Of a DNA stretch of 64,000 bases, positions 57,501-64,000 are shown piece after piece; position 1 is the first letter of the stretch; each line of letters opens with the position of its first letter. The stretch covers positions 44,609 to 108,608 of IMG/VR virus record IMGVR_UViG_3300028832_000109; one strand, given 5' to 3'. This stretch comes from a virus. Lineage: Duplodnaviria > Caudoviricetes. A model generated the notes under the pieces. That model was not told where the DNA came from, did no database searches, and saw only the letters and a list, made by a program, of their open reading frames with translations. The position numbers were made by a program, and so were the translations under genes.

Positions 57501-59113
57501 GCATCGGGTGATTCCACCTTGACGGCGAAAAGCGGGATAGAAATCTTCGGAAGAACGTACGAACCTTTGACATCGACCTGGGTCGGGTCAAGAACGCTCA
57601 CCTCATATTCGGCACCGGTTAACCGGTCTCTGGTATCCGGGGCCTGGGAACGATTAAGCAGTGCATCAGAACGGTCAATCGCCGGGTCCACCTCGGCAAG
57701 CTGTTCCGGCGTCTTAAATTTCGGCTTCGCGGCATTTTCCTCCGCCGTAGTCACCCCAACCAGAGGGTCAACCCCCTCGGGTTCCTCAAGCAAGCCGGTT
57801 TCCAGGTTTTCTGCCGGGTTTTCCGGGTTGTATTGGGAGAGGATGAGCGCAATAACTCTAACCAGGCTGAGGCGCCGCTCCTTCACTTCTTCGCTCAGTA
57901 AAGGCTTCAATACCGACAGTGCGTTGCTGTCCCTCAATTTACCGCCCAACTGGCGGGCCAAGAGCTCGGCAGACGGGTTATTCCCGGAATCCGCAACCTT
58001 CTGCGCAGTATCCTTTATTGCCGACTCCTTCCAATTACTGATAGGAGTTTTCAAAACCCGGGGGCGTCCTCCATTTCCTTCCTCATCAGCGCCGGTGACA
58101 CCAAAAGGAGCGCGGCTGAACTTCGCCAACTTGTCGACTCCGGCCTCGTCACCGAACCCGTCAAGGGTTCCCCTGACGAAGTCGAACAGCGTAACCTTTT
58201 GGTCGCCGGGGACTCTTACGGAGGTGTTGCCGAACATGCCGAGCAACGCGCCAAGCTGGAAAATGTCACGGTCGACCTTCAGTTCCCCCGCATGGGTTTC
58301 CGGGATATTCCCGAGATTGGGGTTGCTCAGCTTCATGTCGAGGTCACGAAGCATCTTGTTCACGTCTGGGTCGAGAATCATGTTACGCAATGCCGTTACG
58401 TAACTGAAAACGCTCTTTCCGAGGAACTCGTTGTTAACGTCATTTGCCCCCACGTTGATATATACCATCGCATAGTACCAGCGTTCGAGTACCTCGAGCT
58501 TTTCCCATGCCTCAGGAGTAAGGTCTTCCCTCGCAAAACCGAAAAGCGTATTGTAGTCAACCAACTCGGAAATTTCTTCGCTTCCCGAGCCACCCGCCTT
58601 CGAGTTACGGGAAAGCACGCTTTCGGTAGTCATGTTCCCGTTTTCGTTAATGGTCCTGCGAAGCGCATCCGCGTTCTGGGCAGCCTGCTCGCTCGCGAAC
58701 GAAGATGACGATTCCGTCTCGTTGGCACTCCGCGGGTTGCTGTCCATCGCGAACATAATGAAGCCGGCCCGAGCATCTTCAAGGAGCCGCACCATCGGGT
58801 GGGCCATTAGCCGGTCCTCGTCAACCTGTCCTTCCCCGGACGGAGGAACGACAACCGCATATTCTCTCAGCATGGAATCGGCAGTGCCGGTATATCCGCC
58901 CCTGGCCACCTTGTTAGGGGTGATGGTCAGATGCTTAACTTCCGGGTGCACGAAAGAAACCATGTAAGCCAGCCCAGCGGCGGCTGAGTTGTTAGACGTT
59001 ACCTGGTTGGCAATGAATTGGAGTACACCGTAAGCATCGTTGAACTTGCTAACGATTTCCCGCCGGTTCAGGTTTCCCGAACCCGCGCCGGCTTCAATCA
59101 ACAGTCTTTCCAT
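51569..59113 (-). CDS. Giant hypothetical late protein (2514 aa)
   Basis: Uninterrupted ORF; ATAAACT at 59150-59156; begins MERLLIEA; no catalytic motif recognised. Confidence 0.8.
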   Translation of the reverse strand: MERLLIEAGAGSGNLNRREIVSKFNDAYGVLQFIANQVTSNNSAAAGLAYMVSFVHPEVKHLTITPNKVARGGYTGTADSMLREYAVVVPPSGEGQVDEDRLMAHPMVRLLEDARAGFIMFAMDSNPRSANETESSSSFASEQAAQNADALRRTINENGNMTTESVLSRNSKAGGSGSEEISELVDYNTLFGFAREDLTPEAWEKLEVLERWYYAMVYINVGANDVNNEFLGKSVFSYVTALRNMILDPDVNKMLRDLDMKLSNPNLGNIPETHAGELKVDRDIFQLGALLGMFGNTSVRVPGDQKVTLFDFVRGTLDGFGDEAGVDKLAKFSRAPFGVTGADEEGNGGRPRVLKTPISNWKESAIKDTAQKVADSGNNPSAELLARQLGGKLRDSNALSVLKPLLSEEVKERRLSLVRVIALILSQYNPENPAENLETGLLEEPEGVDPLVGVTTAEENAAKPKFKTPEQLAEVDPAIDRSDALLNRSQAPDTRDRLTGAEYEVSVLDPTQVDVKGSYVLPKISIPLFAVKVESPDADDPVERQLYRLTTALVTYLSIAYGDSNIPPLPWLSRETEAGEDETSIVKIGIAEDADINAEEVNEIVNEYFRKIAGSSNPANAVMLRNEWVDAITNEDSWMSIGRAILDYLDARIQRGGTKLRKFADTLADIIRDTRYYVERYIFNIKSGSYDYELSGELEASKVLPISPVNTEANGRLRLTGGAEGTVTSDGKQLLRSTMGKVYAVTGSNGERSFRVRFAPGSGIIASDIPESRLNDWTPGSIIKISDSDTAHFQYAIWRGVNFVTIQTDEGGMNTFERPQDVIDASNAEADIAGGRTNPMDSTPSMRAAAGFLGTASQPALTAVKRAGDILWNMSDGTYNRVKDLLAFVNNGKVIRDNMFNDAIQFRNIKGKTPLKAATDIMDGVANSLYATKLDKNPDFVTDISSMLALRSVMEFCSSAQTPESKAARIRSAMESYLQVYANPFEVGGMEGDTVTLANTGEEWSSEEYFSKYGIEDEYAECNERIAQLVGQEGAGDDLYTEGMEVLNRLYKLYCTAVKYDFSSEEHRNSRGELNLDGKISSFRDVMVSPAAVKCLADRIEAIMPAVRLSPEVMSRSVVDVMMATQAAMDMIDENRSLRKVKNDYNDEVGEGSPTRIAASDDPEAAELVRPDVTGERDDHTGDYVMSSVNEQQLDEFDASGDISTFSDVTDCTMLGMILCDPSGMHSGQGNFNVASGISPTEFKKVALALDSAHDTLSRISDGVVGKNMAIREYINSKTYPLDMAIDAFYNFMASKKPFYQRNVLAEAKDVRLAFGKVAKRCKDLTVLPMLREMVDAFNRVLSGVNSQLETDRGNPEANPEYVAIRAARTIATAIANIILNIESYNKNEMLSDSPEGLEVYGQRAFGQYGYTEDTSPADRYASVALGSAGSNNGRSGKGAGVLSRAKTALTKEAYSKFKDSTLAGMSSSERYANTLATIYDELGMGDTRGFMGAIVPFNDLVEKSKTKHESSYRNIYSGEAVNDLGAVLLYELMTDERNGSAGYENLNTALDYVMGRGAEQDAAQQGTDQIPVAVPAYVVKGLLTNDGQLDYDTMTWVIFDQNGSAIVSNSTTEARFDDAGSPAFSSLEEIGKAINVPLENGDSAVDVARKMREAVVTRKLESSSALRTLRRRDSDTNIKLYADTVKRFTNTMIVASRTTVSDGALFVPLSVLYMCMDDSALNSAMHHVIDQAASILRGKQQETMSDELMRSVYGEEYGNLPEIPERMEAHSMNIKIALGKALQNLRAHPDTPKATWLRNSISANREINGEEIPNSSLRDILGEKTAKECLEVLSHQIPMDQLVDIEDSALSELIIDFVDRMIAKNTVTDTGKPLAQISDALVDLASQKVDAAAAVGKISETLGAESNTVAVTLVRDYMKRLGATSLEIASRNSQGKLRNVANETVDAAVNRNGEFRTLYLEAYPTAKNRELQARKVMHGTVPILGTETINNANGLDKLYDKVADALSGKVSADEAAEALQSVQFKINGCTGSAAIAQFNKYIASLKSKLAVLMKTTHDGIVATMKASADNLTDAKREVLRAKALANKCGSEWNDEDGAGTRRAYALKMLNEVMDGIDSLFGEGSKDSKRQFENSVDEFAEAHCYWNDSASLDEMTRAERASAEGNAETAEDYVALRNDIASAFARCKKFYLKDVVPAAGVASAARGVAADNVPSREMLDELLKALATIPESPVKVADSDMFREGVDYYINGEPVDRNECMAIISDALDKYSETVEEGEGVPSDSDELLNEDFYRCIRMCASMNKDIPISTDGIVSLLLNTLRDRKAISISSRPGYVRFRHRFNRYRGNNFWYTFDIPVSIIRDITNDVVGSSELSGSVNDWKEFADEISRYTSAGNRKLDSRVENSMLRNQLWSLFRQIVDKGICARLNNMMKDMPADEFDTLNQGQTVELGDGIYVRRSNIAQGDISSALYNNTRDEVSLPVRLPGDTGRGANPEAEPEPEGEPGEPEDQED

Positions 59114-59245
59114 CTGAGACCCCTGGTCGTAAAAAAACGATTTGCCCCAAGTTTATACCCAGTGACAGTTTTGGTGGGCTTTGTATCCTTGAAATGCGTT
59201 CGACTTACCCGCATAAACCATAAACTCCGTGTTTAGAGGTTAACT

Positions 59246-61189
59246 ATGCCATCATTATTTTCCCCAGCCGCGGGAGCGCTGGTATCCACGATTGACCGAG
59301 CAGTATTGAAGCACTCTTCCAATTCTCGGAAGACGGCGTTCAATTTTATCGTGCTGTCGACGTTTGGCGGCATCTACCTCTCGTCCAAGGCGGCCAACGA
59401 GGGAAACCTCGCATCCATCATACCGGCACTAGCCAAACAGCTCGACGAGACCAGCCTCAACAACCCACTGATGATGGGCCAGTGGAGAAATGCCCAGGGC
59501 TGCGAGAAGGTATGCTCGGACTGCATACAGTTCATGCGTAAGTACGCTATACCGTTGGGTGGGCTTGAATCCAGCCAACGGCTGGTTGACCTGATTTCCG
59601 GTGCCATAGTTGCCGGTAACAACTGGATGTACGGGACCAATATCAAGGAATTCTACAATTTCAGCAAGACTATTTGCGTAAAGAACCTCCTCAGCGGACT
59701 CGCGACGAACGTTCTCGGGTATATCCCGGCTTCTACCGCGTCCCGTCCGATACTGGACGGGGTCTCTGCCGCCGGAAAGGTGATTTTCCCGGACGACGAG
59801 ACAATGGCGGCCCGGGCCGCCGGCTACATCCTCCAATCGAGCTACGTCTCCCAGTGGGGTAACGGGCCCGCGGCCAACTTCGACGTACCCGACGACATCC
59901 TGCAGAAGTCCATCGACGAGACACAGTCCTTCTTCGAGTCACAGGGGCAGGACCAGGAAAATGTTCGCGAGTACATACGGAACTCGTACAATAACCTAGA
60001 TATCGATTCGCTGAGACAAGAACCGGAGCAGGCGGCACCGGACAATACGGTTCCCGAGTTCGACCTCGGGTCGCCGTCCGTCGGAGAGACAACAGTCCAG
60101 GAACCCCAGGCGGCACCTGTACCCCAAACCACCGTCCAGCCGCAGGCCACCCAACAGCCTCAACCAGTCCAGACCCCCCAGGCTCCGGTGAAAAAGCCGG
60201 CCGCGCCAAAGATTGGGAAACCCGCCCAGACCGCACCGGCCACCGCCACCACGGCGCAACCCGCGCAGCAAGAAAGGCCAGGCGGTCTCCACCCGACGTC
60301 TTTCGACATCCTGTCGCACATGGCGGTTGACGAGGACCAGCTCAGACAGGCGTTCGACGTACTGACCGCGGGGTCCTACGCGCTAACGCCCTACCTCACC
60401 ACGTACCAGCCAGGTCTTACGGAGAAGGCCGCGGCCCAGTTACTCGACAAGTACACAGACAAGGCATCCCACCGTCCATACAAGGTCACCCCCGGAGACC
60501 CCCACGAGCGCAGGAGCGTGATGACGCCTCCCATTTTCAAGATTGACCCGTCCACCGGGATATGGTCGAAAGTGGTAGTCACCAGCATGGGCTTCCCGTT
60601 CATCAACTTCCGGTCCCCGGTCGTCATGGAACTGGTTCGCGGTACCAAGGGAAGGGAAATCCGCCGGGCCTACAGGCAGCTAAAGAAAATTTTCCGTCAA
60701 TGCCGCATGAGGAACCCGATATCCACGCTGAAGGCATTCGCGCAGGAGAAGTACAGGGACTGCTCGCTGAACTCTCTCGTGGTCAATGCCGAGGAACTCC
60801 TTGTCGCCCGTCCGGGAATGCCGGTCTCGGCATCGGTAGTCGACCCGTACAGCACGGGAACGGTTACCAAGGGAGCGGCCAGCATACCGACCGAATTCCT
60901 CATGTCCTTCTATAACGTGCTGTCACCGGTTTCGGCTTCAAGAGAATACGCCGCCCTCAGCGGGATGGATGAGCAATCGTACATGAACTACCTCTCCGAG
61001 AAGGGACAGCCACCTGTCTACATACTGACCCCTAAACGCTGCGTATTCAAGCGAGGCGCAAGAAAGGGCCTACTGCGTTCGATTCTCGGTAACCCGGGCG
61101 CGGGAATCCTGATACGTGCCCACCTGGGCTCTCATGACGGCGGGTTCATCATGCCCGAACGTATCGCAAACCTCCTTTTCGGAGACTAA
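59246..61189 (+). CDS. Hypothetical late protein, C-terminal domain paralogous to the next gene
   Basis: ATAAACT at 59220-59226; central Pro/Gln/Thr linker. Confidence 0.75.
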   Translation: MPSLFSPAAGALVSTIDRAVLKHSSNSRKTAFNFIVLSTFGGIYLSSKAANEGNLASIIPALAKQLDETSLNNPLMMGQWRNAQGCEKVCSDCIQFMRKYAIPLGGLESSQRLVDLISGAIVAGNNWMYGTNIKEFYNFSKTICVKNLLSGLATNVLGYIPASTASRPILDGVSAAGKVIFPDDETMAARAAGYILQSSYVSQWGNGPAANFDVPDDILQKSIDETQSFFESQGQDQENVREYIRNSYNNLDIDSLRQEPEQAAPDNTVPEFDLGSPSVGETTVQEPQAAPVPQTTVQPQATQQPQPVQTPQAPVKKPAAPKIGKPAQTAPATATTAQPAQQERPGGLHPTSFDILSHMAVDEDQLRQAFDVLTAGSYALTPYLTTYQPGLTEKAAAQLLDKYTDKASHRPYKVTPGDPHERRSVMTPPIFKIDPSTGIWSKVVVTSMGFPFINFRSPVVMELVRGTKGREIRRAYRQLKKIFRQCRMRNPISTLKAFAQEKYRDCSLNSLVVNAEELLVARPGMPVSASVVDPYSTGTVTKGAASIPTEFLMSFYNVLSPVSASREYAALSGMDEQSYMNYLSEKGQPPVYILTPKRCVFKRGARKGLLRSILGNPGAGILIRAHLGSHDGGFIMPERIANLLFGD

Positions 61190-61217
61190 ATTGGCTCGAA
61201 CAGCCGGAGACTGTCAA

Positions 61218-62816
61218 ATGGATTACATCTGGGAAAAGAAAAACACCGGAAACGACCTGCACGAGATGGCATTCATCAAGAGGAAGATGCTTATCGAAAG
61301 CGGGGAGAACATCGCTGCCGGACAGCAACCGGAAGAAATCGTGCTCGCCGTCCCGAAGAACCAGGCGGGGGTCGTTGAAGGATTCCTCAAAGACAAGGGG
61401 GTCGAACACCGTCTCGACACGGAACAAGGCCGGCTGGTCGTATCCGCCAAGGCGCTGGCAAACCCTTCAGCCAAGGCCGCTATAGACGAACTGAAGAAAC
61501 GCGGCATCGTCTCCGACGGCACGCCGAATGACGACGAGCGGGCCATTGACGAGAACCGGCAGAAGGTGATAACGGAGATTCTGTCGAGGTTCCCGAAGGA
61601 AATCCACGATACCGTCGGGTTCGGTATAAGGCAGATGCTCGCGGGCAACTGGTTCGACGGGTCCACCCCGAACGAAGCGCAGCAGAAGATGATTGCGCTC
61701 TGCAGGGGATTGGTTTCCAAGGGAAGCACGGATGACCTTGAAAAACTCCTGAACCACCTGGGATTCCTCGTAAAATCCGGGAAATTCCGGCTCGACAGCA
61801 AGAACCAAGGCCTCTACCGGGAAACCGCGGAAAAGAAGGCGATTACGACCCATGTCCGCATGCCGGCATTCTTCGAAAGCGAACCGGATGACTCCATGTG
61901 GGACGACATCGTGGTAAACGCGTTCGGCATCGGCATGGTCAACCTGAACCACCCGGTAGTCAACAAGATAATCCATTCAGAAAACCCGGAGGATGAATGC
62001 CCCGGCGACCTTAAAACGTTCAAGAAAGCCATATACGGCGACAAGCGCATGACAGCCGTTTTCGGCGAAGGCGGCATAGCGCGGATGCTCGGCAAGCTGG
62101 CCAATCTCTGCACCCTCGGAATCGCCGGAAAAACCGTCGATGCCGGAAAGCGGGCCGACCGGATAATCAAGGAACTTGCCGAGAAGGGCGGGCGAATCGT
62201 CCACCGGAACCTGCTCCTGGTGGACTACGACGATATCGTAAACGCCGACCCCGACAATGACGAACTGGCAATCGAGGTGGATGCATACAACCGCAGCAAA
62301 AGGACATACATCCCCGGAACGTTTAGCGTACCGGCTGCCGCACTGGCGAACTTCTATAGCGTGGTCGACCCCATCGAGTCCTCGAAAATTTACGTGGAAA
62401 TGTACATGAACCACGACACGGCAAAGCGGTCGCTGCACGAGGCGGAGGAAAGCGACGACAACGCCCTTCTCGAAGGCAGAGGCGTGTTCGGACGAATCGC
62501 GCAGGGCGCACGTAACGTACAGGACAAGTTCACCCGCGGAGAAAACAAGGCCACGGCACCGGCCAAGCACGGTAACGACGAATTGGCGGCTGTGAAGGAA
62601 CGGTTCATCGCCACGGTGCAGAAACTCGGCCACCCCCCGTTCTACGTACTCAAGGGAAAGAGCGCCAACCGGGAAGTCGACGTCATCTCCACTTCGGCTA
62701 CTGGCCAGGCCGGGACAACCGGAGGGAAGGTCTACATGGTCACCATGAGCATAGGTTCCCACAAGGCCGCCATGTTCATGACACCGAACGAAATCAAGCA
62801 CTACTTCTCGGCATAA
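61218..62816 (+). CDS. Hypothetical protein, paralogous C-terminal domain
   Basis: Start MDYIWE after GGAG; LHEM, LIES, LHEA, LLEG motifs. Confidence 0.75.
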   Translation: MDYIWEKKNTGNDLHEMAFIKRKMLIESGENIAAGQQPEEIVLAVPKNQAGVVEGFLKDKGVEHRLDTEQGRLVVSAKALANPSAKAAIDELKKRGIVSDGTPNDDERAIDENRQKVITEILSRFPKEIHDTVGFGIRQMLAGNWFDGSTPNEAQQKMIALCRGLVSKGSTDDLEKLLNHLGFLVKSGKFRLDSKNQGLYRETAEKKAITTHVRMPAFFESEPDDSMWDDIVVNAFGIGMVNLNHPVVNKIIHSENPEDECPGDLKTFKKAIYGDKRMTAVFGEGGIARMLGKLANLCTLGIAGKTVDAGKRADRIIKELAEKGGRIVHRNLLLVDYDDIVNADPDNDELAIEVDAYNRSKRTYIPGTFSVPAAALANFYSVVDPIESSKIYVEMYMNHDTAKRSLHEAEESDDNALLEGRGVFGRIAQGARNVQDKFTRGENKATAPAKHGNDELAAVKERFIATVQKLGHPPFYVLKGKSANREVDVISTSATGQAGTTGGKVYMVTMSIGSHKAAMFMTPNEIKHYFSA

Positions 62817-62820
62817 CCTG

Positions 62821-63852
62821 ATGAAACTTGAGACGTTCCTAAATAACGCCGGCACTTTGCTGGAAAATAACATGGCCTTCTACTCGAAGAAGGCCGATTC
62901 CGGCCGCAAACTACGGGCAAAGTCCACCAAGCGATTCTTCAAGGGCATATCCCGTAACCAGCAGGGGCAGGCCGTCCTTGAATTCGCAGTCCCGTCAGCC
63001 TCCAACCCAGGGCGCCGGTATCAATGCTACATATCGGTCGAACCGCCTCAGGAAACACTCTTCGTGCTTGCCCATGCGGACGGCAATACGGCGGAAAAGA
63101 TGGCCATGATAAAGAACGCTGACGTAAAATGCTTTTGTACGTGTCCGGATTTCAACTGGTCCGGAATGAAATACAACATGAAGCACCGATACGACGGATA
63201 CGAGGAAGGCCACACATCTATGAGCGGTGTGCCCGACGGTTCGGACATCCGGCCGAAGGTTCGGGACCCGCGAGGAAAGAACACCGTGTGCAAACACCTC
63301 CTGGCATGCTTCAACGGGATTCTACTCTCCGCCCCGACCATCATGAAGGCCGCACGCAACGCGAAATTCCCAAAAGAGTATACCGCGCCGGAAGAAACCC
63401 CGGAGATACTCGGTAAAGAAGCTCCCGAGACCCAAACGGGAGGCGAAATACAGGCAATGAACGGAAGCAAGAAGTCCAGGGGTGCCGAACGGACATCCGG
63501 GCAAATACAGATGGCGAACTCAAACCCGAAGGCCCCCGTCATGGATTATCCGTCCGAGGAGGACGCCATAACGATGCTGGGCGAATCGGCCCCGGTCAAG
63601 ATACCTGAAGCACAGGATGCGCTGGATGCGCTGGCCGGCACGCTTGGCCCGAGCGAGGAATCCGGGAATGCGCCGGTGGCTTCCGGGGAAGTATCCGTTA
63701 TGAACTCCGGAGAATCCGGGGACGAACACGATTCAGGTACGGGCGGTATCCAAATGTTCAACGGGAGCGATACCGAATTCAACCCGTTGAGCGACATAGA
63801 AGACGCTGCGCAGATGCCCATGTTCAATCCGGGTCAACTACCCACCGTCTAA
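62821..63852 (+). CDS. SWIM zinc-finger protein with acidic tail
   Basis: 'VKCFCTCPDF...VCKHL' = CxC...CxH SWIM motif. Confidence 0.75.
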   Translation: MKLETFLNNAGTLLENNMAFYSKKADSGRKLRAKSTKRFFKGISRNQQGQAVLEFAVPSASNPGRRYQCYISVEPPQETLFVLAHADGNTAEKMAMIKNADVKCFCTCPDFNWSGMKYNMKHRYDGYEEGHTSMSGVPDGSDIRPKVRDPRGKNTVCKHLLACFNGILLSAPTIMKAARNAKFPKEYTAPEETPEILGKEAPETQTGGEIQAMNGSKKSRGAERTSGQIQMANSNPKAPVMDYPSEEDAITMLGESAPVKIPEAQDALDALAGTLGPSEESGNAPVASGEVSVMNSGESGDEHDSGTGGIQMFNGSDTEFNPLSDIEDAAQMPMFNPGQLPTV

Positions 63853-63863
63853 AGAACGGTGGG
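63841..63863 (+). terminator. Hairpin overlapping the stop of the SWIM gene
   Basis: CCCACCGT...ACGGTGGG inverted repeat. Confidence 0.45.
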
Positions 63864-64000
63864 CTTGAGGGAGCCCGGTTTCCCGGTAGTTCCCTCGATT
63901 GGCCAGTTGACGGTGGCCTGCCAAGTAGATTCAGCTTGCCATATATGGGCATAGTGAATGTACTTGGGTGGTAACGGCTAGCTATATTGATGCTCGCATT

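Noticed and set aside
830-58403. Long antisense ORFs (e.g. 830..1756, 8414..9688, 12054..13340, 14012..15514, 31946..33061, 57519..58403)
   Set aside because: Shadows of GC-rich coding on the opposite strand; they overlap well-supported genes and lack RBS or motifs.
45138-59113. Giant ORFs as virion RNA polymerase subunits or a nuclear shell protein
   Set aside because: No DxDGD/NADFDGD motif seen and nothing recognisable; remote homology cannot be excluded without structure search.
1-64000. Stop-codon reassignment as seen in some large phages
   Set aside because: Genes are intact and densely packed in code 11; TAA, TAG and TGA all end recognisable genes.
1-64000. tRNA, rRNA, integrase or transposase
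   Set aside because: Intergenic gaps are short and explained by promoters and terminators; no cloverleaf or recombinase motifs recognised.

Overview
This window is part of a large, GC-rich, T4-superfamily-like contractile-tailed (jumbo-type) phage genome, coding almost throughout and mostly on the minus strand. It holds a tail/baseplate module (gp5-like spike, hub, LysM wedge, tape measure, gp26-like chaperone, tube, enlarged sheath, gp25 fusion). It also holds a nearly complete T4-type replisome and recombination set (PolB, gp44/62, gp45, primase, gp32, gp41, UvsX, UvsY, Mre11/gp47, RuvC-like), DnaJ, a possible second (DnaN-like) clamp, two glycosyltransferase-like proteins and many large unknown ORFs. 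Main observations: (1) five core replisome genes share the identical start context CCTATGGAAC, a candidate translational operator; (2) a five-HTH-array/glycosyltransferase-like fusion sits between primase and clamp; (3) two promoter motifs, TGCTATATTT and ATAAACT, separate replication genes from virion/late genes and flag a set of probable capsid-packaged proteins; (4) a likely +1 frameshift (CCG-TTT-CGA) in the tail chaperone; (5) prion-like low-complexity regions on SSB and helicase. All assignments are by eye from motifs and synteny; no database search was run.
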